Notes: generated by a model from the letters alone, not told the origin. Counted from the stretch's first letter, positions 30,266 through 40,478 are shown. The stretch is DNA of 64,000 bases from a bacterium (GCA_963676395.1 OY781066.1:1792001-1856000); one strand, 5' to 3'. Made by a program: numbers and translations.

Positions 30266-32911
30266 ATGTTAGTTGACAAACTTAAAAAAGCGAATAAAAT
30301 GAAACTTGGTTTTGGACTAAGTTCCCTGATCATTTCTTTTATCGTTTATCTATCTACCATGGCACCCACGGTGTCATTTTGGGACTGCGGTGAGTTTATT
30401 GCTTGTTCTGCAAATCTAGCCGTACCACATCCTCCCGGTGCCCCTCTATTCTTGTTGTTTGGGCGTATTTTTGCCATGATCCCTTTTTCAGCAGATATTG
30501 CCTTTAGAACAAACTTGATGTCAGTCATTGCCTCGGCTGCATCAATTATATTTCTATATTACAGTATCATTTTATTGATCGAACGTTTTCGCGGGGTAGC
30601 TGAGACAAATAAAGATCATTTTATTGTATACTTCTCTGCCTTTATTGGTGCAATGGCTTTTGCATTCTCCGATTCTCAGTGGTTTAACGCCGTTGAAACG
30701 GAAGTGTATGCCTTGAGTACTTTGCTGACCGCTCTCACGGTTTGGCTGGTATTGAAATGGGATGCCGAAGATATTAAAGGTCGTCATGGCGAAAAATATC
30801 TGCTTTTCCTTTTTTATACGCTCGGTATTGCCGTAGGTATTCACCTGCTGAATATTCTTGCGATTCCTTTTATCGTATTGATTATCTATTTCCGTTATTC
30901 AAAATTCGAGATTAAAAGTTTTATCGGTGTAACTGCATTGGCATTTGGTCTTTATTTGATCATTCACAAGGGTATTATTGATGGTACGCCAGAGATCGCT
31001 CGAATGATCAATATAAATCCGGCTGCAGTTTCTTTCCCCCTAGCACTGCTAGTGCTTGCGGGTATTTTTATTGCGCTGTTCTTTATGTTTGGAAAGGTTT
31101 TTAAATCTAGGCCCACAACCGCTAAGTGGAGTCGCCTTGTAACTTTGGGATTGATCCTGATCCTGGTTGGTTATTCCTCATATGAGATGATCTTTATCCG
31201 TTCACTCAAAAATCCCGGTATTGATGAAAATGATCCCGAGACAGTGAGTGCGGCGGTATCTTATTTGCATCGAGAACAATACGGTCAGCATTCTTGGTCA
31301 CGTGAAGATGCAATGGCACAAAACAAGACTAAAATGCAGTATAGTTCCGAAATGGATTTTTTCTGGCGCTATCAGTTCAAACGTATGTACATCCGTTATT
31401 TCAATTGGCAGTACATGGGGCGTGCCGAAGGAGGTGGCGTTGGTTGGGCCGGTGCCGAAGTGGATATTCGCCAGCTTTGGGCTTTACCATTCATCTTTGG
31501 GATGTTGGGGGCATTCTTCCACTTTTCAAGGGACCCTAAACGAGCGTTTCCCATACTTGTGCTCTTTGTGATGACCGGGTTGGCGATCGTTCTTTATGTG
31601 AACAATCCCGATCCGCAGCCAAGGGAGCGTGACTATTCCTATGTCGGCTCGTTCTTTACCTTTGCCTTCTGGATAGGCATGGGTGCATTGGCTGCTCTTG
31701 ATTCTCTTAATAAATTGGTCAAGAAAAAACAATTGAACAAAATTCTAATTGCAGCTGTATCACTTTTACTTGTGATCGCATTGCCTGCGAACTTGCTGTT
31801 CGCGAACTATGAATCTCACAGTCGTAAAGGCAATTATGTGGCATCTGATTATGCGCATAATCTCCTTAATTCTTGTGAGCCGAATTCAATTCTATTCACC
31901 AATGGTGATAATGATACTTTCCCCTTGTGGTATTTACAAGAAGTGGAAAAGTTTAGGACCGATGTTAAAGTTGTGAACTTGTCATTGTTGAATACAGCAT
32001 GGTATATTAAGCAACTCAAAAATGCCGAACCTAAACTGCCTTTGAGATGGAGCGATGCTCAGATCGAAACCATTCGTCCGGTTCCGTGGAAAACCAAGCA
32101 AATTTCGGTTGCAGGACTTGAGCTTAATGTGAAACCGACTTATGCCGGACAGTATTTACGTGTTCAGGATCTGATGATCTTTGAACTCATTCGAATAGCA
32201 AACTGGGAAACACCGGTCTATTTTGCGGTTACCGTATCTACCAATGCGCGAGTTGGGCTTGATAGTTACTTATCTATGGAAGGACAGGTTATGCGCCTCT
32301 ATCCTGAAAAGGTTGATCCTATTGATGAAGATGCTATTTATGAGAACTTTACCAATAATTACAAATTCCGGAATCTAAATAATCCTGATGTATATTTCTC
32401 ACCGAACACTCAGCGTTTGATGCAAAACTATCGTACTGCGGTATTGCAGGCATCTATGAAATTCCTGGAAGATGATAGAGACGATAAGGTAAAAGAACTT
32501 CTTGGGACTATTGAAGAAAAGATCCCCGAAGCCATTATACCTCAGTATCATCCTCAAATGACCTTGCAAGCCGGTCACATTCTTTTTGAACTGGGTGATA
32601 CGGCAGAATACGAACGTCGAATTGATGAAGTACTTGGTTCCGATAATTTGGATCAACGTACGCTTATATTGGTTGCTCAGGAATTGGTTTACAGTATCAA
32701 AAATTACGAAAAAGCCGAGCAAATTCTTTTGCCGATGTACAGACAAAATCCTTATGATAATTGGATTGCCGGTACATTGGTAAGATTATACAGAGAACAG
32801 GAAAAATATACGGCTGCATTAAATATCCTGGATAAATGGCTTAAAGTATCTCCTAATGATAATCAAGCTCAGGCCTTAAAAATGCAGATCCAATCTTTGG
32901 CGAGTGAATGA
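30266..32911 (+). CDS. DUF2723/TMEM260-family GT-C membrane glycosyltransferase with C-terminal TPRs
   Basis: PTVSFWDCGEFI, PHPPGAPL, AVETEVYA, PRERDYSY, FTNGDNDTFPLWY. Confidence 0.88.
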   Translation: MLVDKLKKANKMKLGFGLSSLIISFIVYLSTMAPTVSFWDCGEFIACSANLAVPHPPGAPLFLLFGRIFAMIPFSADIAFRTNLMSVIASAASIIFLYYSIILLIERFRGVAETNKDHFIVYFSAFIGAMAFAFSDSQWFNAVETEVYALSTLLTALTVWLVLKWDAEDIKGRHGEKYLLFLFYTLGIAVGIHLLNILAIPFIVLIIYFRYSKFEIKSFIGVTALAFGLYLIIHKGIIDGTPEIARMININPAAVSFPLALLVLAGIFIALFFMFGKVFKSRPTTAKWSRLVTLGLILILVGYSSYEMIFIRSLKNPGIDENDPETVSAAVSYLHREQYGQHSWSREDAMAQNKTKMQYSSEMDFFWRYQFKRMYIRYFNWQYMGRAEGGGVGWAGAEVDIRQLWALPFIFGMLGAFFHFSRDPKRAFPILVLFVMTGLAIVLYVNNPDPQPRERDYSYVGSFFTFAFWIGMGALAALDSLNKLVKKKQLNKILIAAVSLLLVIALPANLLFANYESHSRKGNYVASDYAHNLLNSCEPNSILFTNGDNDTFPLWYLQEVEKFRTDVKVVNLSLLNTAWYIKQLKNAEPKLPLRWSDAQIETIRPVPWKTKQISVAGLELNVKPTYAGQYLRVQDLMIFELIRIANWETPVYFAVTVSTNARVGLDSYLSMEGQVMRLYPEKVDPIDEDAIYENFTNNYKFRNLNNPDVYFSPNTQRLMQNYRTAVLQASMKFLEDDRDDKVKELLGTIEEKIPEAIIPQYHPQMTLQAGHILFELGDTAEYERRIDEVLGSDNLDQRTLILVAQELVYSIKNYEKAEQILLPMYRQNPYDNWIAGTLVRLYREQEKYTAALNILDKWLKVSPNDNQAQALKMQIQSLASE

Positions 32912-33984
32912 TCTATAAAACCGTAGATAATCCCGTGATCAGGATTGAAGAAAAAGTGGCTGTTGTGCTCTTGAGTTACAACAGCCGCGAATACATAGAA
33001 CAGTTTATTCCTTATGTATTAAAATCCACTTATGATGATTTTAAGCTTATTCTAGTGGACAATGCTTCTACAGATGATACCTTGGATTTTATGAAAGAAA
33101 ATTATCCGCAGATCGATGTCTTGAATATTGATGTGAATCGGGGTTTTACTAATGGTTTTGTTGAATCTTTAGCTTGTATTAAAGCCAAATATTATGCTTT
33201 GCTGACATCTGATGTTGAGGTGGCACCCAATTGGCTGGAACCTATGGTTGAAGCCATGGATGCCGATGACAAACTCGGCGCTTGTCAGCCTAAGATCAAA
33301 TCATTCAAGGGTCGCGATTCTTTTGAATATGCGGGTGCTTGCGGTGGTTTTATGGATAAATGGGGCTATATGTTCTGTCGCGGTCGACTTTTCGATTCTG
33401 TGGAAAAAGATCGTGGGCAGTACGAGTCCGCCATTGATGTTTTTTGGGCAAGCGGCGCTGTATTCTTGCTACGAGCAGATGTTTACCATGAAGTAGGTGG
33501 TTTTGATAACGATTATTTTGCACATATGGAAGAGATTGATTTGTGCTGGAAGATCCAGCGTGCCGGTTATAGCATTAAAGTGATTCCTGCTTCTGAAGTT
33601 TTTCATGTGGGCGGTTCTGTTATCTTGTACGGCTCGGCCGAAAAAACATTTAGAAATTATCGTAATAATCTTATTCTTATGACTAAGCATCTTCCCGCTG
33701 CACGATTGGTCTGGCTTTTACCCTGGCGTATTTTACTGGATCTGGTGTCTGCATTGCAGGCAATGCTGGCAGGGCGGGATAAAGAAGCCGATGCCATCAT
33801 TAAAGCCCACGGTGATTATCTCAATTCTTTTGGGAAATGGTGCCGGAAACGCCGTGAACTTGTTTCGCGTGTACCTTACCGTAAAATTACAGGTGTGTAT
33901 AATCGTTCGATCGTTTGGCAATATTTTATAAAAGGTAAAACACTATTCTCAGATCTGCCCGGCAGACTGAGTAAAGGAGTTTAA
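32908..33984 (+). CDS. Glycosyltransferase family 2
   Basis: VDNASTD, SDVEV, WASGA, HMEEIDLCW; ATGA overlap with the upstream gene. Confidence 0.9.
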   Translation: MIYKTVDNPVIRIEEKVAVVLLSYNSREYIEQFIPYVLKSTYDDFKLILVDNASTDDTLDFMKENYPQIDVLNIDVNRGFTNGFVESLACIKAKYYALLTSDVEVAPNWLEPMVEAMDADDKLGACQPKIKSFKGRDSFEYAGACGGFMDKWGYMFCRGRLFDSVEKDRGQYESAIDVFWASGAVFLLRADVYHEVGGFDNDYFAHMEEIDLCWKIQRAGYSIKVIPASEVFHVGGSVILYGSAEKTFRNYRNNLILMTKHLPAARLVWLLPWRILLDLVSALQAMLAGRDKEADAIIKAHGDYLNSFGKWCRKRRELVSRVPYRKITGVYNRSIVWQYFIKGKTLFSDLPGRLSKGV

Positions 33985-33985
33985 T

Positions 33986-34762
33986 ATGAAAGTGGTCATT
34001 TTCGCCGGTGGTAAAGGAACTAGAATTTCCGAAGAATCTGTTCTTCGCCCCAAACCTATGGTTGAGATCGGTGCTAAACCCATTCTTTGGCATGTCATGA
34101 AACATTACGCCGCTTACGGTCACAATGAATTTGTGATCTGCCTTGGTTATAAAGGTGAAATGATCAAAGAGTATTTTCTGAATTATTCTGCACTTAATTC
34201 CGATTTGCAAATAGATATCAAAGATAATAAGGTTAATGTTACCGGTTCATGTAACGAAGAATTTAAGATTTCTTTGGTGGATACCGGACTCGAGACCATG
34301 ACCGCCGGTCGTTTGAAACGCGTTGAAAAATATTTGAACGGTGAACAATTTATGCTCACCTACGGGGACGGTGTTTCGGATGTGGATATTAATAAATTGA
34401 TCGATTTTCATAATAGCAAAAAGGCAATGGCGACTATGACAGGTGTCCAACCTCAAAGCCGCTTTGGTATTCTTGATATCGACGATAATGATATGGTTAA
34501 AACTTTCCAGGAAAAACCCAAGAATGACAATGTCTGGATCAACGGAGGATTTTTCGTGCTTGAACCGGAAATCTTCGAGCATCTGCATTCGGATGCCGAC
34601 ATTATGATGTGGGAAAGGCAACCGCTGGAAGATATTTGTGCGCTGAATAAATTGGCTGTTTACAAGCATTATGGTTTTTGGAAGTGCATGGACACCTTGC
34701 GCGATAAGATCGAATTGAATGACATGTGGGAAAACGATCCCAAATGGAAGAGCTGGAAATGA
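33986..34762 (+). CDS. rfbF: Glucose-1-phosphate cytidylyltransferase
   Basis: AGGKGTRISEE..PKPMVEIG, TYGDG, WINGGFF, FWKCMDTLRD. Confidence 0.95.
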   Translation: MKVVIFAGGKGTRISEESVLRPKPMVEIGAKPILWHVMKHYAAYGHNEFVICLGYKGEMIKEYFLNYSALNSDLQIDIKDNKVNVTGSCNEEFKISLVDTGLETMTAGRLKRVEKYLNGEQFMLTYGDGVSDVDINKLIDFHNSKKAMATMTGVQPQSRFGILDIDDNDMVKTFQEKPKNDNVWINGGFFVLEPEIFEHLHSDADIMMWERQPLEDICALNKLAVYKHYGFWKCMDTLRDKIELNDMWENDPKWKSWK

Positions 34763-35832
34763 TCGCCGAGTTGAAAAAATTTTATCAAGGCAAGAAGGTG
34801 TTGCTCACCGGACATACGGGCTTTAAAGGAGCCTGGATGTTGGTGTTGTTGAATGAATTAGGTGCCGAAGTAAAGGGTTATGCCTTGGAAGCGCCTCGTA
34901 AGAATGACCTTTTTTATGCCATTGAGGGTGACAAACTCTGCGATTCGCAGATCGCCGATATTCGTGATCGTGATAGCATGACGAAAGCTATTGTAGATTT
35001 TCAGCCCGATGTGATCCTGCATTTTGCGGCTCAGGCTATTGTGCGTGAATCCTACAAAACACCGGTTGAGACTTTTGATACCAATGTAATGGGTAGCGTG
35101 CATGTGCTGGATGCCATGCGTCAGTTGGATAAACCTTGTTCGGCTGTGATGATCACCACGGATAAGGTGTATGAGAATATGGAATGGGAATTTCATTATA
35201 AAGAAAATGACAGGCTGGGCGGTTTTGATCCTTATAGCTCCTCGAAAGCAGGTGCCGAGATCGCGATCGCATCGTATCAGAAAGCCTTTTTTAATATGGA
35301 TAAATATGATCAGCATCAAAAAGCTGTCTCCGCCGCACGCGGCGGGAATGTGATTGCGGGCGGAGATTGGTCCGATAACCGTATTATTCCCGATTTGGTG
35401 CGTGCGCTACAGAACGATGAGCCGCTAGAGGTAAGAAATCCTAAGGCGATTCGTCCTTGGCAGCATGTGCTTGAATTATTATACGGATATTTATTGCTAG
35501 GTATGCGTCAAAGTGAAAAAGCCGAAGTATATCAAGGTGCGTACAACTTTGGTCCCGAAAAGGGTGATGAAATGACCGTGGAAAAATTGGTTCAGACTGC
35601 TATCAGGGTCTGGGGCAGCGGCGCTTTCGATCATCAGCCCGATCCCGAACAATTGCATGAAGCAGGTATTTTGCGTCTCGATATTGATAAGGCAAAATCT
35701 GTTCTCAACTGGTTACCCAAATGGACCTCCGAACAGACCGTGGAAAAAACCATGAGCTGGTATAAGGAGTTTGAGGATGGGGAGAAGGCGATTGAACTTT
35801 GCCGTAGACAGATTAAAGAGTATTTTGGGTAG
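34759..35832 (+). CDS. rfbG: CDP-glucose 4,6-dehydratase
   Basis: TGHTGFKGAW, TTDKVY, DPYSSSK, RPWQHVLE, HEAGIL. Confidence 0.95.
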   Translation: MIAELKKFYQGKKVLLTGHTGFKGAWMLVLLNELGAEVKGYALEAPRKNDLFYAIEGDKLCDSQIADIRDRDSMTKAIVDFQPDVILHFAAQAIVRESYKTPVETFDTNVMGSVHVLDAMRQLDKPCSAVMITTDKVYENMEWEFHYKENDRLGGFDPYSSSKAGAEIAIASYQKAFFNMDKYDQHQKAVSAARGGNVIAGGDWSDNRIIPDLVRALQNDEPLEVRNPKAIRPWQHVLELLYGYLLLGMRQSEKAEVYQGAYNFGPEKGDEMTVEKLVQTAIRVWGSGAFDHQPDPEQLHEAGILRLDIDKAKSVLNWLPKWTSEQTVEKTMSWYKEFEDGEKAIELCRRQIKEYFG

Positions 35833-35890
35833 ATTTTATACTTTTCAATGATAGAAATGTTTGCCTTGGATTGAAATCCAAGGTATTATT

Positions 35891-35997
35891 TTGTTCAACC
35901 CCTCGAAATACTCGGGGTTGGATATATTTTTGTATCCTTTTCTCGGCACTTCGTGCCGGGTTATTCAGAGTTTTACTCCTCGACAAGCTCGGAGTAA
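35891..35997 (+). repeat. REP/REPIN-like unit A flanking the HUH transposase
   Basis: About 107 bp with three hairpins (caacccctcgaaatactcggggttg; cggcacttcgtgccg; tactcctcgacaagctcggagta); near-identical to 36690..36796. Confidence 0.8.
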
Positions 35998-36094
35998 ATT
36001 GATTAAATTTCATTTCATGAAAATTAAGCAGAAGATGAATATCACGATTGAATATTTTTTGTACAAAAATAATTTAAAACAAAATCCTATAGAA

Positions 36095-36197
36095 AATCCC
36101 GACAAATGGAGGGGGTAAACTCTACATAACCCGGGGTGAAACCCCGGGGAAATAACTCCCTCACACTGTCAACCCCGAGTATTTCGAGGGGTTAAAC
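36095..36197 (-). repeat. REP/REPIN-like unit B (inverted, diverged)
   Basis: Contains caaccccgagtatttcgaggggtt (reverse complement of the unit A hairpin), taaactct..ataacccgg and ccccggggtgaaaccccgggg. Confidence 0.7.
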
Positions 36198-36619
36198 TAA
36201 AGTCCATTTCTTTTTAACAATCCCCCAAATTCCTGATAATAATTATTCTTTTTATGGTGTTCTTTTTGCTTATCAATATAATGTTTGACTGTTTCAAGCG
36301 AAGAATAGTCCTTGGTGAAAACAGAATAACCTATAGCCCAGGACTTGAAATGAGGAAATATTTTTTCTTGTTTAATAAACTTTGACGACGAAACTTTTAA
36401 GTCTTTCATAAAACCTGATATCGAAATATCAAGTCGAATTGATAGTAACATGTGTATGTGGTCTTCAATACCATTAATTGCATATAATACACAATTTTTA
36501 TTCTTTACAAAGGATCTGATGTATGCGTATAAACGATTTTGATTCTTATCATTTAGAACCTTTTCTCGTTTATAGGGCTCAATGATGATATGATAGAGTG
36601 TTTGTCTATATGTTCCCAT
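36197..36619 (-). mobile_element. tnpA: IS200/IS605-family HUH Y1 transposase (TnpA, RAYT-like)
   Basis: YHIII, DHIHML (HUH), MKDLKVSSS, W..GYSVF, VKHYIDKQKEHH (catalytic Tyr); no tnpB; flanked by palindromic repeats. Confidence 0.9.
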
Positions 36620-36689
36620 TTGATAAAATACCATATTTTAAAATGACTTTCTATATCTAAAAATAGAGTGTGATGTAGGTCACACTTTT

Positions 36690-36796
36690 TTGTTCAACCC
36701 CTTGAAATACTCGGGGTTGGGTATATTTTTGTATCCTTTTTCCGGCCCTTCGTGCCGGGTTATTTAGAGTTTTACTCCTCGACAAGCTCGAAGTAA
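36690..36796 (+). repeat. REP/REPIN-like unit C
   Basis: Direct repeat of unit A with a few substitutions. Confidence 0.8.
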
Positions 36797-36966
36797 GCAA
36801 GAATCATGCTAATTATTACCATTACGATACTTAGTGAGCAAAATATGAAAATATTGAAGGCAAATTCTTCTAATTTTATATAGCAAACATCACCTTTTAA
36901 CCATTAAATTATGGGGTTGATTAAATGATGTTGTTAAATGTGCATCTACCTTATAAAAAGGATCAT

Positions 36967-37503
36967 ATGAAAATTATCAATACATTATTTGAAGCCGTCC
37001 ACCTTATTGAGCTTCCTCGTTTCGATGATGAACGCGGGTCGTTTATAAAATGCTATGATGAGGCTTCGTTCAAGGAAGCCGGCATCGCAAATTGTTTTAA
37101 AGAATCTTACTTTTCTATTTCAGATAAAAATGTGATCCGTGGGATGCACTTTCAGGTACCTCCGGCTGATCATGAAAAGCTGGTTTGTGTGACCAAAGGT
37201 GCCGTGAAGGATGTCATTCTTGACATACGGAAAGAGTCACCTACTTACGGTCAAGCGATGGAAGTAGAGCTAAGTGCAGAGAATCATTTGGCACTGTACA
37301 TTCCTCGGGGTTTTGCTCATGGGTTTATGAGTCTACAAGATCAAACCATCATGAATTATTTGGTTGCCACCGTGCACTCACCGGAGCATGATAAGGCCAT
37401 ACGCTGGGATTCATTCGGTTTCGACTGGAAAAACGAGCAGCCGGTGATGAGTCAGCGCGATAAAGACGCTCTTCCCCTCAGCGATTTCAAAAGTCCATTT
37501 TAA
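36967..37503 (+). CDS. rfbC: RmlC-family NDP-4-keto-sugar 3,5-/5-epimerase
   Basis: DERGSF, IRGMHFQ, DVILDIRK.SPTYG, IPRGFAHGF. Confidence 0.88.
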   Translation: MKIINTLFEAVHLIELPRFDDERGSFIKCYDEASFKEAGIANCFKESYFSISDKNVIRGMHFQVPPADHEKLVCVTKGAVKDVILDIRKESPTYGQAMEVELSAENHLALYIPRGFAHGFMSLQDQTIMNYLVATVHSPEHDKAIRWDSFGFDWKNEQPVMSQRDKDALPLSDFKSPF

Positions 37504-37512
37504 GAGAGAGCC

Positions 37513-38388
37513 ATGAAAGTACTTATTATCGGAGCATCGGGATTGGTTGGCAGTAATTGTTTGCACCGCATGCAGGAAGATCCCACCTTTGATGTGATCG
37601 GCACGCATTATTCTTTTGCTACCAATGATACGGAATATTTTGATGTTTTCGATCAAAGTAAAACAACATTTGATATCAGGGCGTTTTCTCCCGATGCGGT
37701 TGTTCATACCGGTGCTTTAACGCATGTAGATTACTGCGAAACGCACGAGGATGAAAGTTATCGGCATACCGTAGCATCTACCGAGGCTGCTATCGCTCTC
37801 GCGAATGATTTTGGTGCGCGCTTTGTGTACATTTCGTCTGATTATGTTTTCGATGGCGAAGACGGTCCTTACGATGAGAATGCAGAGACCCATCCTATAT
37901 CAGTCTATGGTCGTCACAAACTTCTTGCCGAAAAAATGGTGAGAGAACAATGCGAAAATTATTTGATCCTGCGTATTACCAATGTTTACGGTAGTGAAAT
38001 ACGTGGAAAGAATTTTGTAGCCTTTTTGGCAAAAACGGCAGAGGCCGAAGAAGAAAAAACATTGCGCTTACCGGTAGATCAATTTGCTACACCGATCAAT
38101 GCTGCAGATATTGCAAAGGTTTTGGTCGCTTTATTGAATGACAATAAGCAGGGTATTTATAATATTGCTTCGGACGAATATTTAAGTCGAGTTGAATTGG
38201 CCGAAAGAGTGCTGAAGCACTTTCCGGGGCATAAGGTCAAGGTCGAGGCCATAAGAACCGAGGATCTGGGGCAAGCAGCTCCAAGACCCCTATTCGGTGG
38301 TTTAAAAAATAATAAAATTAAGGGAGAGTATCCCAAGATGGATTTCTCAACCGTTGAAGAATACGTAGAGGAAGAATATGGAACTTAA
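37513..38388 (+). CDS. RmlD-like NDP-4-keto-sugar reductase (SDR)
   Basis: GASGLVG, YISSDYVFDG, YGRHK, APRP. Confidence 0.85.
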   Translation: MKVLIIGASGLVGSNCLHRMQEDPTFDVIGTHYSFATNDTEYFDVFDQSKTTFDIRAFSPDAVVHTGALTHVDYCETHEDESYRHTVASTEAAIALANDFGARFVYISSDYVFDGEDGPYDENAETHPISVYGRHKLLAEKMVREQCENYLILRITNVYGSEIRGKNFVAFLAKTAEAEEEKTLRLPVDQFATPINAADIAKVLVALLNDNKQGIYNIASDEYLSRVELAERVLKHFPGHKVKVEAIRTEDLGQAAPRPLFGGLKNNKIKGEYPKMDFSTVEEYVEEEYGT

Positions 38389-39691
38389 GAATATTAATAA
38401 GGATCTGGCGGCACAGTTAGAAACCATTGCTAAGCAACGTATAGAACGACCCATGGAACCGGGTGTAGATTATATTCCCGCATCTGGAAAGGTGTTGTTT
38501 GAACAGGATTTGCTCATGGGAGTTGATGCCGTGTTGGACGGTTGGCTGACCGGCGGTCGTTTTAATACAGAATTCGAATCCAGATTGGCTAAAATGATCG
38601 GTAATAAACGCGTATTGACCGTTAATTCCGGTTCATCGGCTAACTTGTTGGCATTTGCAACACTTACATCACCTAAGTTGGGTGATCGTGCACTCACAGA
38701 CGGTGATGAAGTCATTACCGTTGCTTCGGGTTTTCCCACTACGGTGAATCCTATTTTGCAGTTTAACTGTGTGCCTGTATTTGTGGATGTCACCGTGCCG
38801 GGTTACAATGCCAATGTAGACATTCTAGAAGAAGCGGTAGGGCCAAAAACCAAAGCTATTATGCTGGCGCATACCTTGGGTAATCCCTTTGACCTGGAAG
38901 CCGTGATGGCCGTTGCTAAGAAACATGACCTCTGGGTCATCGAAGACAACTGCGATGCCTTAGGCGCTGAATTTGCCGGTAAAAAGACAGGAACCTATGG
39001 TGATTTGGCAACCTGTTCATTTTATCCCGCTCACCATATCACCATGGGTGAGGGTGGAGCGGTGCTTATCAATAATCCCAAACTTATCCGCATAGCCGAA
39101 AGCATGCGCGACTGGGGGAGAGACTGCTGGTGCGAAACCGGTCACGACGATACCTGCAAAAATCGCTTTGGCGGACAGTGGGGCAATTTACCCTTTGGTT
39201 ATGACCATAAATATGTCTACTCCGAAAAGGGATTCAACTTTAAGATCACCGATATCCAGGCCGCCATTGGACTGAGCCAAATGGAACGCATGGAACCCTT
39301 TGCCGAAAAACGCAGACATAATCACGAATATTTAACGAACCTGGTAAAAAGCGAACTGGGTGATCTCATTATTGCCGATGAAGCCCATCCCAAGGCTACA
39401 CCTTCCTGGTTTGGCTGTACTTTTACATTAAATGACGGCTTCCCCAAGAATCGTCACGCACTCCTACAATACCTTGAAGACCATAAAGTCGGTTCAAGAT
39501 TATTATTTGCCGGTAACATCCTTAAACAACCCGGATACCTCGATATTCCACACAGAGTGGTAGGATCATTGGAAAATACTGATCGTGTGATGAATGATAC
39601 CTTTTGGGTAGGGAGTTGGCCTGGATTAGAAGAGAGGCATCTTGATTATATTGCGGAACAGATGGTTAATTTCGTTAAAGAAAATAAATAA
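38378..39691 (+). CDS. rfbH: CDP-4-keto-6-deoxyglucose 3-dehydrase (RfbH/DdhC)
   Basis: NSGSSANL, FPTTVNP, SFYPAHHITMGEGG (His in place of the PLP Lys), RDWGRDCWC, YDHKY. Confidence 0.93.
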   Translation: MELKNINKDLAAQLETIAKQRIERPMEPGVDYIPASGKVLFEQDLLMGVDAVLDGWLTGGRFNTEFESRLAKMIGNKRVLTVNSGSSANLLAFATLTSPKLGDRALTDGDEVITVASGFPTTVNPILQFNCVPVFVDVTVPGYNANVDILEEAVGPKTKAIMLAHTLGNPFDLEAVMAVAKKHDLWVIEDNCDALGAEFAGKKTGTYGDLATCSFYPAHHITMGEGGAVLINNPKLIRIAESMRDWGRDCWCETGHDDTCKNRFGGQWGNLPFGYDHKYVYSEKGFNFKITDIQAAIGLSQMERMEPFAEKRRHNHEYLTNLVKSELGDLIIADEAHPKATPSWFGCTFTLNDGFPKNRHALLQYLEDHKVGSRLLFAGNILKQPGYLDIPHRVVGSLENTDRVMNDTFWVGSWPGLEERHLDYIAEQMVNFVKENK

Positions 39692-39713
39692 TATTATTTA
39701 ACATAATGTGTAG

Positions 39714-39742
39714 AGACGCTGCATTGCAGCGTCTTTTTTTTT
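39714..39742 (+). terminator. Intrinsic terminator of the rfb operon
   Basis: agacgctgca-t-tgcagcgtct followed by a T-run. Confidence 0.75.
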
Positions 39743-39764
39743 GTATGGGTGGGTTTTTGTGATG

Positions 39765-39841
39765 TATTAACGTTTCGCAAATATGCGAAGTGCTATAACA
39801 CCGCATTTGCCGTAGGGCGCAGTGCATATTTCTTGTTATTG
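39765..39841 (-). other. attC-like site 1 (short, about 77 bp)
   Basis: tattAAC..aaatatgc...gcatattt..GTTattgg. Confidence 0.65.
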
Positions 39842-39868
39842 GTAGAGATTATGGGGTTTTACTAATAA

Positions 39869-40303
39869 TTAAAAAATTATCCATCTATATCTACACTTCT
39901 GCCTTTCACCTTCAAGATATTGATCATTATCTTCAGGTAAATCAACGGTCGTCACATATTCTGCGCCAATCCATTCACAAGTTTTTCTGGATGCGTGATT
40001 ATCAGGATTACAAGTAATCCAAATAACATCAAGACCAAATTTTTTTATTTCATCCTTTAAAAGCAAACAAGCTTTACCAGCAAAATGATTGCCTCGAAAT
40101 TCTTCTATAATACTATAACCCAGATGCCCACCATAAAAAACAATAGAATCTGAATATCCAATTCGAAAATTAATATGTCCAATGACAATGTTCTGAGAAT
40201 TAAGAAAAATATTAAATTCCAAATTTCTTAACCAGTTTTTTTCAGGATTTGCAGGTGAATCTTTTTGCAAAACTAAGCTTATTTCATCATTCGCCAATTT
40301 CAT
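39869..40303 (-). CDS. GNAT N-acetyltransferase (cassette)
   Basis: GGHLGYSI.EEFRGNHFA, ITCNPDNHASRKTCE. Confidence 0.88.
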   Translation of the reverse strand: MKLANDEISLVLQKDSPANPEKNWLRNLEFNIFLNSQNIVIGHINFRIGYSDSIVFYGGHLGYSIIEEFRGNHFAGKACLLLKDEIKKFGLDVIWITCNPDNHASRKTCEWIGAEYVTTVDLPEDNDQYLEGERQKCRYRWIIF

Positions 40304-40346
40304 TTTTATAAATAGCCTCTCCAATAATATTATTCAGAATTTTTTC

Positions 40347-40478
40347 CGATAACGGTGGTGGTATGAGGTCGTGGCGGTCAGACGAGAGTCTGAGAGTCCG
40401 ACCGAAACTGAAGTTGGGACGAGATTCGACTTATCGAATCCGCACAAACCCAGTCATGACTTATACCACGTGTTATCG
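40347..40478 (-). other. attC-like site 2
   Basis: cgatAAC..gtggtatgaggtcgtggc...gtcatgacttataccac..GTTatcg; the arms pair with one extra base. Confidence 0.8.

Noticed and set aside
35813..36118. ORFs 35813..36013 and 35861..36118 as a tnpB remnant or accessory gene
   Set aside because: They run through the REP unit and show no RuvC or zinc-finger motifs.
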